Part shown: one piece after another, positions 11,365 through 22,077 of the stretch | Layout: each line of letters opens with the position of its first letter | Numbering within the stretch: position 1 is the first letter of the stretch | DNA from: Gammaproteobacteria bacterium | GTDB lineage: Bacteria > Pseudomonadota > Gammaproteobacteria > Eutrophobiales > Eutrophobiaceae | DNA length: 64,000 nucleotides | Direction of reading: 5' to 3' | NCBI GenBank assembly: GCA_965222155.1 | Contig: CBDCTH010000012.1 | Coordinates: 64,001 to 128,000 of the forward strand | Notes under the pieces: model-generated | The model's database searches: none | Told to the model about the DNA's origin: nothing | What the model saw: only the letters and a program-made list of their open reading frames with translations | Position numbers and translations under genes: made by a program

Positions 11365-11369
11365 CGTCG

Positions 11370-12698
11370 ATGAGTTCCGTCCCTGAAATAGCGCCCAGGC
11401 TACAACAGCAACCTGAATTCAGGTTTTCTCACCTGACTGGCTGGCTGGCGTGGCAGGAAAGCCTGCATTTCACAGCCATAGAATTGGGTCTGGACCGCTG
11501 CAACAAGGTGGCCGGGAGAATGGGCCTGCTGAAACCGAACAGTAAGGTAATCAGCATATCCGGCACTAACGGGAAAGGTTCCAGCGCGGCAATGCTGGAT
11601 GCAATGTTGAGACAGTCCGGTTACAAGGTGGGGACATACACTTCACCACACTTAACCAGGTATAACGAACGGATTTGTATTAACGGCAAGCAGGTGACGG
11701 ATGACCAGCTTTGTCATTCATTTCAACGCATTGACCAGGCGCGGGGAGATATTTCCCTGACCTATTTCGAATTCGGCACCCTGGCTGCCCTGGACATATT
11801 CCAGCGTTCAGGCCTGGACATCATTATTCTGGAAGTCGGGCTGGGCGGTCGATTGGATGCTGTCAATATCCTGGATGCTGACATTGCCCTGGTAGTAACG
11901 ATCGACCTGGATCACGAGAAATGGCTGGGTTATACCAGGGAAAGCATCGGCAGGGAAAAAGCAGGGATATTCAGATGTGGTCGTCCGGCAGTCTGCTCAG
12001 ATTTAGTCGCGCCGGGATCCATCGCAGCTTGTGCGCAAGAATCAGGCGCTTCGCTGTATCAGGCAGGTCAGGATTTTACCTTTACGATTGATGCGGACAC
12101 CTGGACCTGGAGATGTTCCGATAAAGTTTATGAAGGTCTGCCCAAGCCCAGTATCAATAATGCCAGGCAGGTACAAAATGCCGCCGGCGTGCTGATGGTG
12201 CTGGAAACCATGGCCGCTGAATTTGTGGTCAGCCGGGAAACAGTAAAGGCCTGTCTCCGGGATTTTCGACTTGCCGGCCGGTTCCAGGTTATTCCAGGAG
12301 AAATACCCTGTATCCTGGACGTCGCGCATAACCGCCAGGCCATCTCGGCATTGGTTGAAAATGTGAAGAGGATTCCATGTCTCGGAGAAACGCATATTGT
12401 GATAGGCATGCTCAAGGATAAAAATCATACTGCCGTTTTCGAGGAATTGGAGGAAATTGCCGATCGCTGGTATGTGGCCGAATTGCAGGCTGACCGCGCG
12501 GCAAGTCTGATAGAATTAACCGGCGCCTTGGGAAAATATGAAGACGCCGAGAAAATCAAGCAGTTCCAAACTGTCTATGAAGCACTGGCAGAAGCCGAGG
12601 CTTGTACTTATATCGGCGACAGGATCATTGTTACCGGATCATTTGTAACTGTCGGCACCGCAATTGATTATCTGAAGCGTAATTGGGGACGGAATTAA
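11370..12698 (+). CDS. folC: dihydrofolate/folylpolyglutamate synthase
   Basis: GTNGKGS, YTSPHL..YNER, LEVGLGGRLDAVN, DVAHN; conserved gene order. Confidence 0.96.
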   Translation: MSSVPEIAPRLQQQPEFRFSHLTGWLAWQESLHFTAIELGLDRCNKVAGRMGLLKPNSKVISISGTNGKGSSAAMLDAMLRQSGYKVGTYTSPHLTRYNERICINGKQVTDDQLCHSFQRIDQARGDISLTYFEFGTLAALDIFQRSGLDIIILEVGLGGRLDAVNILDADIALVVTIDLDHEKWLGYTRESIGREKAGIFRCGRPAVCSDLVAPGSIAACAQESGASLYQAGQDFTFTIDADTWTWRCSDKVYEGLPKPSINNARQVQNAAGVLMVLETMAAEFVVSRETVKACLRDFRLAGRFQVIPGEIPCILDVAHNRQAISALVENVKRIPCLGETHIVIGMLKDKNHTAVFEELEEIADRWYVAELQADRAASLIELTGALGKYEDAEKIKQFQTVYEALAEAEACTYIGDRIIVTGSFVTVGTAIDYLKRNWGRN

Positions 12699-12708
12699 TT
12701 CCGTCCCC
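12685..12708. repeat. Palindrome variant GGGGACGGAATTAATTCCGTCCCC overlapping the folC stop codon
   Basis: Perfect 24-bp palindrome. Confidence 0.85.
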
Positions 12709-12721
12709 TGTGGAACTGGAA

Positions 12722-13288
12722 ATGGAACAGAGATTAAAAGAAAGACTTACCGGGATAGTCGTTTTGATTTTGCTGGCTGTGATCGTTATGCCCCTGCTGC
12801 TGGATGATACCCGGGAAGTGGAGACCAGGATCACGGCAACCAACATTCCGGAAAAGCCGGATGACAATTTCACCACGCGCTTGATACCCATCCCGGAACA
12901 GGATGAAATTCTCCCGGTTACAGAGGAGGCGGAAGATATTCCGGCCCCGGTCGATGGGAATGACGTGGGCAGCGTTGAGGCGGCTAGCGCTAATGAGCCC
13001 ACACCGACTGCACCCGAGGCCCGCGCTGAATTGGAAAACAAGGATTTAACCGGATGGGTTGTACAGGTTGGCAGTTTTTCCAGGGCAAATTCCGATAAAC
13101 TTAATGAACAATTACGAGAAGCCGGATATCGATCATATGTTGTTGATGAGCCGGTGAAAGCGAAAGACGGTTCTTTGTTGTACCGGGTAAGAATAGGCCC
13201 CGAGGTTCTCCGTTCGGAAGCATTGAAGCTGAAGGCTGAATTAAAGAAGGAAATGAACCTGGAAGGTCTTGTATTGAACTATCCGTAA
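12722..13288 (+). CDS. dedD: SPOR-domain cell division protein (DedD-like)
   Basis: LKERLTG plus TM helix, acidic linker, WVVQVGSF...YRVRIGP; located between folC and cvpA. Confidence 0.85.
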   Translation: MEQRLKERLTGIVVLILLAVIVMPLLLDDTREVETRITATNIPEKPDDNFTTRLIPIPEQDEILPVTEEAEDIPAPVDGNDVGSVEAASANEPTPTAPEARAELENKDLTGWVVQVGSFSRANSDKLNEQLREAGYRSYVVDEPVKAKDGSLLYRVRIGPEVLRSEALKLKAELKKEMNLEGLVLNYP

Positions 13289-13377
13289 CACTCGGTTCTT
13301 GCAAAGGTTGCTTATAAATATGCAAACATTCTGGGTTTCAACCAGTCAGATCAGATAAATCGGACAAGGATCTGATT

Positions 13378-13884
13378 GTGGAAGGCGTTGACATAGGTAT
13401 TCTGATAATTTTGTTCCTGCCTGCAATCATGGGATTGCTATACGGTTTCTTGAACGTCCTGTTTTCAATTGCCGCATGGATAATGGCTGTTGTGACGGCA
13501 GCTAAAGTCAGTGGTTATCTTTCTCCCTTATTGGCTGATTATCTGGAACCGGTACTCAGGAATGTCATTGCTTTTGCCGGCGTTTTTATTATCAGTCTGG
13601 TGATCTTCACTGCGTTGGGATATTTCGTAGTGAAATTACTCGGCAGGACAGGGTTGACTGCCGCCGACAGGTTTTTAGGTTTTTTCTTTGGAATTGGACT
13701 GGGTGGGGTGATTATTGTCATCCTTGTTTTCCTGGCCGGCTTTACGGCAATATCAAAACATGAATGGTGGCATGAAGCCGTTCTAATCGAACCGTTCCAG
13801 CGTGTCTGCGTATGGGGCCAACGCTTTCTTCCGGAAGACATTGCGGTTTATCATCGTTACGAACCAAATCCGGTAGGAGAATAG
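13378..13884 (+). CDS. cvpA: colicin V production family membrane protein
   Basis: Hydrophobic; GLTAADRFLGFFFG; directly upstream of purF. Confidence 0.9.
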   Translation: MEGVDIGILIILFLPAIMGLLYGFLNVLFSIAAWIMAVVTAAKVSGYLSPLLADYLEPVLRNVIAFAGVFIISLVIFTALGYFVVKLLGRTGLTAADRFLGFFFGIGLGGVIIVILVFLAGFTAISKHEWWHEAVLIEPFQRVCVWGQRFLPEDIAVYHRYEPNPVGE

Positions 13885-13893
13885 AGAGAGCAG

Positions 13894-13918
13894 GGGGACA
13901 GATTTGAAATCTGTCCCC
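13894..13918. repeat. GGGGACAGATTT(G)AAATCTGTCCCC palindrome
   Basis: 12-bp arms around a central G, between cvpA and purF. Confidence 0.9.
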
Positions 13919-13935
13919 GGAAGCTATTACAGAAA

Positions 13936-15453
13936 ATGTGCGGCATTATCGGAATTGTTGGTAAATCCAACGTCAACCAGGCGCTGTTCGACGGCCTGAC
14001 GATCCTGCAGCACCGGGGGCAGGATGCAGCGGGTATCGTTACCTGCGACAGTGCCCGGCTTTATCTCTGCAAAAACAACGGTCTGGTCAGGGATGTTTTC
14101 AATGCCAGCCAGATGCTTAACCTCAAGGGCAACATGGGCATCGGGCATATCAGGTATCCCACTGCAGGATGTTCATCTTCCTCTGAAGCACAGCCGTTTT
14201 ATGTTAACTCTCCCTACGGAATTGCCCTGGCTCATAACGGGAATCTCACCAACAGCGAAGAACTGAAACGGGTTCTCATAATGGATGGATTAAGGCACAT
14301 AAATACGGAATCGGATTCTGAGGTTTTGCTGAATATCCTGGCCTTCGAATTGCAACACATCGGCAAACTGAAAAAGGACCTGACGCCGCAGGATATTTTT
14401 TCGGTTGTACGGAGGCTGCATAAGCGCTGTCGGGGTGGGTACTCTGCCGTTGCACTGATTTCCGGCGTCGGTGTTCTTGCCTTCCGCGACCAGTTCGGCA
14501 TCCGTCCGATTATCTATGGCGAGCGCACCACCGACAGGGGCAAGGAATTTGTTGTAGCCTCTGAAAGTGTGGCCATGGACGCCCTGGATTTCAGCGTGCT
14601 GCGTGATATAAGACCGGGAGAGGCGATATTCATCAGTGAACAGGGTGAGTTATTTTCAGATCAATGTGTGGAACACCCGCAACATACGCCTTGTATCTTT
14701 GAATATGTCTACCTGGCCAGACCGGATTCCGTTATCGATAACATCTCCGTGTACAAGACCCGTTTGCGCATGGGGGAGGCCCTTGCCGCGCAGATATTAA
14801 GGCTCCGGCCGGACCATGATATCGACGTGGTGATCCCCATCCCGGACACGGGTCGCACCGCTGCACTGCCGCTGGCCTATGAACTGGGCGTTAAATACCG
14901 TGAAGGATTTATTAAGAACAGGTATATCCCCCGCACGTTTATCATGCCCGGACAGAGCATCAGGAAAAAGTCTGTAAGGCAGAAACTGAACGCAATCGGA
15001 CTGGAGTTCCGGGGAAAGAATGTGCTGCTGGTGGATGATTCCATCGTGCGCGGTACAACCTCCGGGGAGATCATACAGATGGCCCGTGATGCGGGTGCGG
15101 CAAAAGTGTATTTTGCCTCTGCGGCTCCACCGGTACTTTATCCCAACGTTTACGGTATTGACATTCCGACACCTGACGAACTGGTTGCCCATGGCAGGAC
15201 TGAAGAGGAAGTATGCGCGGCTATCGGCGCTGACTGGCTGATCTACCAGGAAGTGGAAGACCTGATTAAGGCGGCAAGGGAAGGGAATCCGAGTATCAAC
15301 CGGTTTGAAATGTCCGTCTTTACCGGTGAATACGTTACCGGAGACGTGAGCGAAGACTACCTGACAAACCTGTCGATACAGCGCAACGATGCGGTCAAAC
15401 AGTCCCGCGCCCTGGTCGATGACGTGCTCAACGACCTGTCGGATATGACGTAG
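13936..15453 (+). CDS. purF: amidophosphoribosyltransferase
   Basis: MCGI N-terminus, [14 protein letters not shown] motif [13 protein letters not shown]. Confidence 0.98.
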   Translation: MCGIIGIVGKSNVNQALFDGLTILQHRGQDAAGIVTCDSARLYLCKNNGLVRDVFNASQMLNLKGNMGIGHIRYPTAGCSSSSEAQPFYVNSPYGIALAHNGNLTNSEELKRVLIMDGLRHINTESDSEVLLNILAFELQHIGKLKKDLTPQDIFSVVRRLHKRCRGGYSAVALISGVGVLAFRDQFGIRPIIYGERTTDRGKEFVVASESVAMDALDFSVLRDIRPGEAIFISEQGELFSDQCVEHPQHTPCIFEYVYLARPDSVIDNISVYKTRLRMGEALAAQILRLRPDHDIDVVIPIPDTGRTAALPLAYELGVKYREGFIKNRYIPRTFIMPGQSIRKKSVRQKLNAIGLEFRGKNVLLVDDSIVRGTTSGEIIQMARDAGAAKVYFASAAPPVLYPNVYGIDIPTPDELVAHGRTEEEVCAAIGADWLIYQEVEDLIKAAREGNPSINRFEMSVFTGEYVTGDVSEDYLTNLSIQRNDAVKQSRALVDDVLNDLSDMT

Positions 15454-15683
15454 TCACAAAGCCATTAAATTAAGACGTCTGGACATCTACCATGTCAGAC
15501 ATGAAACAACGGCTTCAAGAAGTCCTCTTGGTCAGATACGAGTGCTACCCTGCAGACACTGTTGTTAATGTCCAAGCCACTGTTAATCAAGGAAATTGAG
15601 GACCGAGTATAAAAAGCGGGATCTGGAGTGGTATCTACTGCGTTACTGTAACTTATCGTTACCCTTCTTTCTCGTGTTGAATT

Positions 15684-15889
15684 CAGGGCAAACGCATACT
15701 TTTGAATTCAGACGTTTTTACCCGATTCCGTCATTCTGGCGCAAGCCAGAATCCAGTGAATAACCCCTCATCACCATGATCATGCGCTGTTGTTTGACTG
15801 GATGCTGGCATTCGCCAGCATGACGGGCGGCGTTTTCCGGTTGGTTTCCTGTCTTCTGCAACAGAATCCAAAAGTATGCGTTTGCCCTG
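15684..15889. mobile_element. MITE, ISAs1-like ends (copy 1)
   Basis: TIR CAGGGCAAACGCATACTTTTG; perfect 10-bp TSD GTGTTGAATT at 15674-15683 and 15890-15899. Confidence 0.9.
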
Positions 15890-15918
15890 GTGTTGAATTA
15901 CTCTGAATGAAATAAAAC

Positions 15919-15946
15919 TTGACAATACATATATTATATGTATATT
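15919..15946 (+). promoter_or_regulatory. sigma70-like promoter with overlapping inverted-repeat operator for brnTA
   Basis: TTGACA-N16-TATATT; spacer contains ATACATAT-att-ATATGTAT; ATG follows after 6 nt. Confidence 0.6.
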
Positions 15947-15952
15947 TAAATT

Positions 15953-16228
15953 ATGGAAGTTGAATGGAATCAGGAAAAGGCCAGATCAAACCTCGAAAAA
16001 CATAGCGTTTCGTTTGAAGAAGCGTTCAGTTCCTTATTGGACCCTGATGCTTTGGTATTAGAAGATTTTGATTCTGAAGGGGAAAGCAGATGGATTCTCA
16101 TAGGGATGAGTAACAGGGTACGACTTCTTACGGTCGTATATACACTCCGTAGTGAAGATAGTATCCGTTTAATTTCCGCCAGAAAGTCCACTCGTAAAGA
16201 AGGTTACTACTATGCGCAAAGAATATGA
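15953..16228 (+). CDS. brnT: BrnT family toxin
   Basis: EWNQEKARSNLEKH.VSFEEA...E.RWILIG...IRLISARK. Confidence 0.92.
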   Translation: MEVEWNQEKARSNLEKHSVSFEEAFSSLLDPDALVLEDFDSEGESRWILIGMSNRVRLLTVVYTLRSEDSIRLISARKSTRKEGYYYAQRI

Positions 16229-16481
16229 TTTTTCCAAAGCCAGGAAAGCCGTGGATGTTCCGCACCTGGCCAGACTGCAAGCCGGGTTAAAGGGTAAAAC
16301 CAGAATAACCATCATGCTTGATAATGACGTACTGGAAGAATTTCGCCATAGAGCCAATGAGGTAGGACTGGGCTATCAAACACTTATCAATCAGACTTTA
16401 CGCTCCCATATAAACGCTCGCCCACTTGATGAACAAACAATTCGTAAGGTTATCCGGGAAGAGATATCGTCAATAAAATAA
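16212..16481 (+). CDS. brnA: BrnA/CopG-type antitoxin
   Basis: MRKEYDFS, KTRITIMLDNDVLEEF...GYQTLINQTLR; overlaps brnT. Confidence 0.9.
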   Translation: MRKEYDFSKARKAVDVPHLARLQAGLKGKTRITIMLDNDVLEEFRHRANEVGLGYQTLINQTLRSHINARPLDEQTIRKVIREEISSIK

Positions 16482-16616
16482 AAGTAAGAGATAAGAAATT
16501 ACGTTAAAAAAGAAATAATACACATCGAATCGTAGCTTGAAATACTCGTCATACTGGCGCAGCCTGCTGGAAAAGTTGCTGCAATAATGACCCATCATCC
16601 TAAATATTTCATTCCA

Positions 16617-16808
16617 TTATTGCCACACTGGGTGCTCCATCCAGTTTTCTGGTATTCCCATTGCCGCTCGCCATTTCCTGTCTGCTGCAATGGGTTTAAA
16701 CAGGTCGTTACATTGTTTTTTCCATTCATCGATACGATGTGAGGGGAGATTTCGTGTAGACTTCAACCACTGGGAATCCTCGTGACGCAGGCAAAAAAAA
16801 GCCGCCAA
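16617..16808 (-). pseudogene. Possible C-terminal remnant of an Abi-family (AbiD/F-like) protein
   Basis: Ends AMGIPENWMEHPVWQ, resembling the MGFPxxW C-terminus of Abi_2 proteins; no N-terminus. Confidence 0.35.
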
Positions 16809-17010
16809 GGTTGCGCATTGTTAAGAGGCGTGACGGCTATGTTAGACATATTATAGCTCCAGTAGATGGCAGATTCAAGAGAATTATGACTTCTTCCCGT
16901 AAAACTGATCTAGACCAAAAAATTCTGGCATTGTTGAGACTCACCTTAAGCAATGGGGCTATCGTGTAGCTCAATACCAAAACTGGCGACATATAGAGTG
17001 AATGGAAGTG

Positions 17011-17297
17011 CTAAAGCCTGTATATCCAGCTATCCCGAAGTTTCTTGACGCCGTCCTTATGTAACGTGGCAGTACGCGTACCCAATTCACCTCTGGGATT
17101 TTTTCGGAAATCTTCCACTGTTACTTGTCCCAGATAGACCTCAGTGAATGTCATCGGAGCCCTGTTATTGGCAGGTTCTGAAGTGGTATCTACCGATCCT
17201 GTATCGCCATTTGAAAATCCTGCCAGCGCAGTTCGTATGGTGGTTTGGCTGCATCATTAAATTTGGAGGCATCAACAATATTATGTGTGATTACCAT
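17011..17297 (-). pseudogene. Internally deleted, frameshifted gene resembling a type II restriction endonuclease-like family
   Basis: MVITHNIVDASKFNDAAKPPYELRWQDFQMAIQD, then a frameshift into VDTTSEPANNRAPMTFTEVYLGQV...FRKNPRGELGTRTATLHKDGVKKLRDSWIYRL*; family assignment from recall only. Confidence 0.5.
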
Positions 17298-17340
17298 GAT
17301 GTTATTTGAAGTGTGCCGAGGAAAAGCCCCAGGGCCTATG

Positions 17341-17814
17341 CTACTCTTCTTCCTTGCGCTTGTTTTCCGGGCCGGTAAAACCGGTCGCCTTGAAAAAGTT
17401 GTTCTGCAGTTGCCGCCATGCTTCCATGTTTTGCTCCGTTAGCTCGTTCATTGTTGCGGTAAAAGGGTTGCTGCTGACCGCCTGCTGGAAATTTTTCTGG
17501 ATGTTCCGTTGTTGTGAAGCCAGCATTTCCAGGCTTTTCTCCATGTATTCGCTGAACGCGGACTGGTAGGCGTTGCCGTAAAAACGGATGAGCTGGGTCA
17601 GCATCGGTGTATTGAAGATGGGTTCGCCTTCGTGTTCCTGTTCCGCGATAATCTGCAGTAATACGCTGCGCGTCAGGTCTTCCTCAGATTTGACGTCGGT
17701 GACACAGAACTCAACACCGTCCAGCACCAGCTTCCTGACGTCATCCAGCGTGATATATCTACTGATCTCGGTATCGTAGAGGCGGCGATTGGGGTATTTT
17801 TTTATGATACGCAT
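17341..17814 (-). CDS. phaR: polyhydroxyalkanoate synthesis repressor
   Basis: MRIIKKYPNRRLYDT..SRYITL, EDLTRSVLLQIIAEQE, LIRFYG. Confidence 0.95.
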   Translation of the reverse strand: MRIIKKYPNRRLYDTEISRYITLDDVRKLVLDGVEFCVTDVKSEEDLTRSVLLQIIAEQEHEGEPIFNTPMLTQLIRFYGNAYQSAFSEYMEKSLEMLASQQRNIQKNFQQAVSSNPFTATMNELTEQNMEAWRQLQNNFFKATGFTGPENKRKEEE

Positions 17815-17833
17815 GTCGGTGAAAATGCTCAGG

Positions 17834-19015
17834 TTATCTTTCCAGCGCCAGGGCAACTCCCTGGCCGCCGCCGATGCACAACGTGGCCAGGCCCTTGTGC
17901 GCGTCCCGGCGTTGCATGGCATGAAGAAGCGTGACTAAAACCCGGCAGCCCGAAGCGCCGATGGGATGTCCCAGCGCAATAGCACCGCCGTTGACATTCA
18001 CTTTCTCCGGGTCCCAGCCCAGTTCGTTATTGACGGAGATGGCCTGGGCGGCAAATGCCTCATTGGCTTCAACCAGGTCCAGTTCATCGACGCTCCAGCC
18101 CGCCTTGCTCAGACAGCGTTGTGTTGCCGGAATCGGCCCGGTGCCCATGATAGCCGGATCAACGCCGGCGCTGGAGTAAGCTCTGATACCGGCCATTACC
18201 GGCAGGCCCAATTCATCGGCTTTTTGGCGTCTCATGACAACTACCGCCGCTGCGCCGTCATTGAGGCCGGAGGCATTGGCCGCAGTGACCGACCCCTCGC
18301 GGCTAAAAGCAGGCCGCAACTTCGCGATCTTTTCCGCAGTAACCCCTTGTTTCGGATACTCATCTTCAGAGAATATGACAGGGTCGGCCTTTCGTTGCGG
18401 GATGCTTATGGGAACGATCTCTTCATTGAATATGCCGTCTGCCTGGGCTTTTTCCGTTTTTTGCTGGGAGAGTGCAGCGAACCGGTCCTGTTGTTCGCGG
18501 GAGATCTGAAACTTGTTCACGATATTTTCTGCGGTCACGCCCATGTGGTAGTCGTTAAATGCATCCCACAGACCGTCGCTAATCATGGAGTCCAGCATCT
18601 TCCAGTCGCCCATCTTGGTGCCGGAGCGGGATCTGGGCAACACGTGCGGCGCCCGGCTCATGTTTTCCTGTCCCCCGGCTATGATGATTTCAGCGTCACC
18701 GCATTTTATTGCCTGTGCCGCGAGGTGGACGGCTTTCAAACCGCTTCCGCAGACTTTGTTAATCGTCATGGCCGGCACTGAATGGGGCAAACCGGCTTCT
18801 ATCGCAGCCTGGCGCGCCGGATTTTGACCTTCACCGGCGGTAAGCACCTGTCCCAGGATAACCTCATCGATCCGGTCAGGGTCCAGGCCGGTTTTTTCCA
18901 GTAGAGATTTGATTACCGCGGCTCCCAGGGAATGAGCCGGAATATTCGCAAGGGAGCCGCCGAAAGAACCGATAGGGGTCCGTCCTGCGGCGACAATAAC
19001 TACATCGATGGTCAT
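17834..19015 (-). CDS. phaA: acetyl-CoA C-acetyltransferase (beta-ketothiolase)
   Basis: [31 protein letters not shown]; adjacent to phaR. Confidence 0.93.
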   Translation of the reverse strand: MTIDVVIVAAGRTPIGSFGGSLANIPAHSLGAAVIKSLLEKTGLDPDRIDEVILGQVLTAGEGQNPARQAAIEAGLPHSVPAMTINKVCGSGLKAVHLAAQAIKCGDAEIIIAGGQENMSRAPHVLPRSRSGTKMGDWKMLDSMISDGLWDAFNDYHMGVTAENIVNKFQISREQQDRFAALSQQKTEKAQADGIFNEEIVPISIPQRKADPVIFSEDEYPKQGVTAEKIAKLRPAFSREGSVTAANASGLNDGAAAVVVMRRQKADELGLPVMAGIRAYSSAGVDPAIMGTGPIPATQRCLSKAGWSVDELDLVEANEAFAAQAISVNNELGWDPEKVNVNGGAIALGHPIGASGCRVLVTLLHAMQRRDAHKGLATLCIGGGQGVALALER

Positions 19016-19166
19016 AATAATACTACCTCAATATCATGGGTTTTCATGTCGGAACGGTAATCAAGCATTATAACCATAATAGATGCACTGCACAAAACAG
19101 CCCCGCATCCTAACAAAAACATTGCGCGGATACCAGCCCGGATTTACGCAAGCGCAGTGTCCCTCA

Positions 19167-19190
19167 GGGGACGGATTTAAATCCGTCCCC
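19167..19190. repeat. Palindrome variant GGGGACGGATTTAAATCCGTCCCC
   Basis: Perfect 24-bp palindrome downstream of lpdA. Confidence 0.9.
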
Positions 19191-19207
19191 GGTACTTCCC
19201 TAGTGCT

Positions 19208-20632
19208 TTAGATGTGCAGTGCGCGTTTATCGCTTGCAAGGGCCGCTTCATGCATGGCTTCCGCCAGAGTCGGGTGGGCATGGATGGTGCGTGCAATATC
19301 TTCGGAACTGCCGTCGAATTCCATGGCGAGAACAGCTTCGGCAATCAGTTCGGAAGCGTTCGGTCCCAGTATGTGGATACCGAGGATCTGATCAGTCCCG
19401 GCATCACTGAGTATTTTTATCATGCCGCTGCTATCGCCCATAGCCAGTGCGCGTCCGCTTGCGGCAAATGGAAATACGCCCGTTTTATAGGGCTTCCCGT
19501 CTGCCTTCAATTCGAACTCGGTTTTTCCGACCCAGGCGATTTCCGGCCAGGTATAAATTACCCAGGGTACCAGGTCCAGGTTGAATCCGCTTTTTTGTCC
19601 GGCAAGACGTTCGGCTACCATCACACCTTCTTCAGAGGCCTTGTGAGCCAGCATCGGGCCGCGTACCACGTCGCCGATGGCATAGACATTCGGTAAATTG
19701 GTGGCGCAATAGTCATTAACTTTAATACCGCCCTGGTCGTTCAGGGCCAGGCCTGCTGCTTCGGCCTCCAGTCCGCGCACGTTGGGAGAGCGCCCGACAG
19801 CCACAATCAGTTTGTCGAAAGTCAACTGCTGCTTGTCTTCGCCCTGTTGGTAAGTCACGCTGACTTCACGCTTGTTAACGCCCGTACCCATGACCCTGGC
19901 GCCAAGTCGTATATCCAATCCCTGTTTCGTCAGAATTTTTTCGGCTGCGGCGGCAATCTCCCGGTCTACGGGCGCCAGGAAGTCATCCAATGCCTCCAGT
20001 ATGATGACCTGGGAGCCCATCCTGCCCCAGACGCTGCCCAGTTCCAGACCGATCACGCCTGCGCCTATGATACCCAGTCTCTGCGGCACTTCCGTGAAGG
20101 CGAGAGCGCCCGTGGAATCGACAATCCTGTTCTGGTCGACAGAGGCAAAGGATGTTTCGGTCGGGACGGAACCGGTGGCGATAATAATGTTTTGGGCGGT
20201 GACCTTGTATTCCTCGGCAGACTTAGTACCTGTCGGCAATACCTGTACCTGATTGTCGCCCAGGAGTTTGCCCTGGCCCTGTAGCCAGTCTACCCCGTTC
20301 TTTTTGAACAACCCGGCGATACCCCGGGTCAGTTTCTGCACGATCCTGTCTTTCCGGGTTATCATTTTATTGATATCCAATTTCACACCGGTGACGTTGA
20401 TGCCGTGCTCAGCCGCCTGCTGTTTGATGAAGGAGTAATGATGAGAGGAATCCAGCAGCGCCTTGGACGGTATACAACCTGTATTCAGGCAGGTTCCACC
20501 CAGGTTGGGTTTGCCGTCAATGCTCAGCCCGTTATCCACACAGGCCGTAGTGAGTCCCAGTTGCGCACAGCGGATCGCACTGATGTAGCCGCCGGGACCG
20601 GCGCCTATCACTACCACGTCATAATTTTTCAT
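19208..20632 (-). CDS. lpdA: dihydrolipoyl dehydrogenase
   Basis: GAGPGGY, GGTCLNTGCIPSKALL, HAHPTLAE. Confidence 0.97.
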   Translation of the reverse strand: MKNYDVVVIGAGPGGYISAIRCAQLGLTTACVDNGLSIDGKPNLGGTCLNTGCIPSKALLDSSHHYSFIKQQAAEHGINVTGVKLDINKMITRKDRIVQKLTRGIAGLFKKNGVDWLQGQGKLLGDNQVQVLPTGTKSAEEYKVTAQNIIIATGSVPTETSFASVDQNRIVDSTGALAFTEVPQRLGIIGAGVIGLELGSVWGRMGSQVIILEALDDFLAPVDREIAAAAEKILTKQGLDIRLGARVMGTGVNKREVSVTYQQGEDKQQLTFDKLIVAVGRSPNVRGLEAEAAGLALNDQGGIKVNDYCATNLPNVYAIGDVVRGPMLAHKASEEGVMVAERLAGQKSGFNLDLVPWVIYTWPEIAWVGKTEFELKADGKPYKTGVFPFAASGRALAMGDSSGMIKILSDAGTDQILGIHILGPNASELIAEAVLAMEFDGSSEDIARTIHAHPTLAEAMHEAALASDKRALHI

Positions 20633-20639
20633 GTCGGGG

Positions 20640-22040
20640 TCAGATTTGTAACAACAGGCGTGACGGGTCTTCCAGTAATTCTTTCATCGCCACCAGGTAA
20701 GATACGGCTTCCCGTCCGTCGATAATACGATGATCGTAAGACAGCGCCAGGTACATCATCGGCCGAATCACGACTGCGCCGTTTTCCGCAATCGGACGCT
20801 CCTCAATTTTATGCATTCCCAGGATGGCGCTTTGTGGCGGATTGATGATAGGCGTGGATAACAGGGAACCGAATACGCCGCCATTTGTGATGGTAAACGT
20901 TCCACCGATTAACTCTTCTATGGTGAGTTTTGCATCACGCGCTTTTTGGCCGTATTCGCCTATGGTCTTTTCTATTTCGGCAAAACTGAGCTTGTCCGCC
21001 GCGCGTATTACCGGCACGACCAGCCCGCGTGGCGAACTGACGGCAATGCCTATATCAAAATAGTTATGATAGACAATCTCGTTGCCGTCCACCGAGGCGT
21101 TAATGATCGGGAATTTCTTCAGGGCTTCAACCGCCGCCTTGGTGAAGAACGACATGAACCCCAGCTTGACCTGATGGGTTGTTTCAAAACTATCCTTGTA
21201 GCGGCCGCGCAAATCCATTATCGGCTTCATATCTACTTCGTTGAACGTAGTCAGGATAGCGTTTTCCTGCTGTGCCGTGAGTAAACGTTGCGCCGCTCGC
21301 CTGCGCAAACGACTCATAGCGACACGCTTTTCCGCTCCCTCCGGAGCTTCATCTCCGTCCTTTTGTTGTTCAGCATCAGTTTTCCACCTCCTGTCTTCTG
21401 CCTGCTGTTCTGTTCCCGCTGTTCCGGCACCCTGTTCAGCAGTGGCTGTTGCCGTACGCGTCGCGCCTGATGTCTGTTCCTTGTCTCCTGCCGCCTGCCC
21501 ACTGTCTTCTGTTGTCTGTTCCCCTTTGCCTGTTTCAGCCAGATAATCCAGCACCTGTTTTTTGGTCAGTCTGTCTCCGCTTGCCGGGACATCCCTGGCA
21601 TCCAGGTTATGTTCGGTCAACAGCTTCCTGACAGCAGGGCTTAATTTGGGCTCTTTTTCCGCAAGCAGTGATTGTTGCCGGGAATCAGCTTCAGTTTCAG
21701 CTTCTGCCGTCGGCGCTACGCTATCCGGCTCATTTGCAGGCTCAGCCGAGACTTCCTGTTCATCTAAGCCGGATTTCTCTGTTATTACGGCGGCAGCCTG
21801 CCCCTCGGTATCGATTTCTGCAATCAACTCGTCACTTTCCACGTCCTCGCCGCTGTTTTTCAGGATTTTTACGAGCATCCCGTCTTCCGGCGCAACCACT
21901 TCCAGGGTGACTTTGTCCGTCTCCACGTCAATCAGGGCATCACCAAATTTGACCATATCTCCAGGCTGTTTCTGCCAGTCCATCAACGTGGCTTCAGCAA
22001 CAGACTCTGCCAATACGGGAACTCTGACTTCGACTAGCAA
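20640..22040 (-). CDS. sucB: 2-oxoglutarate dehydrogenase E2 (dihydrolipoamide succinyltransferase)
   Basis: Lipoyl motif [23 protein letters not shown]. Confidence 0.97.
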   Translation of the reverse strand: MLVEVRVPVLAESVAEATLMDWQKQPGDMVKFGDALIDVETDKVTLEVVAPEDGMLVKILKNSGEDVESDELIAEIDTEGQAAAVITEKSGLDEQEVSAEPANEPDSVAPTAEAETEADSRQQSLLAEKEPKLSPAVRKLLTEHNLDARDVPASGDRLTKKQVLDYLAETGKGEQTTEDSGQAAGDKEQTSGATRTATATAEQGAGTAGTEQQAEDRRWKTDAEQQKDGDEAPEGAEKRVAMSRLRRRAAQRLLTAQQENAILTTFNEVDMKPIMDLRGRYKDSFETTHQVKLGFMSFFTKAAVEALKKFPIINASVDGNEIVYHNYFDIGIAVSSPRGLVVPVIRAADKLSFAEIEKTIGEYGQKARDAKLTIEELIGGTFTITNGGVFGSLLSTPIINPPQSAILGMHKIEERPIAENGAVVIRPMMYLALSYDHRIIDGREAVSYLVAMKELLEDPSRLLLQI

Positions 22041-22077
22041 TGCGCTCTCCTGTTCTTGCTCGGGTTATCGAATGGTC

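Noticed and set aside
15731-15925. Similar 64-aa ORFs at 15731-15925 and 25188-25382
   Set aside because: Both are chance translations of the same MITE.
15454-17340. Integron cassette array (short genes and a TA pair)
   Set aside because: No attC-like RYYYAAC...GTTRRRY units or integrase were recognised; MITE and gene remnants explain it.
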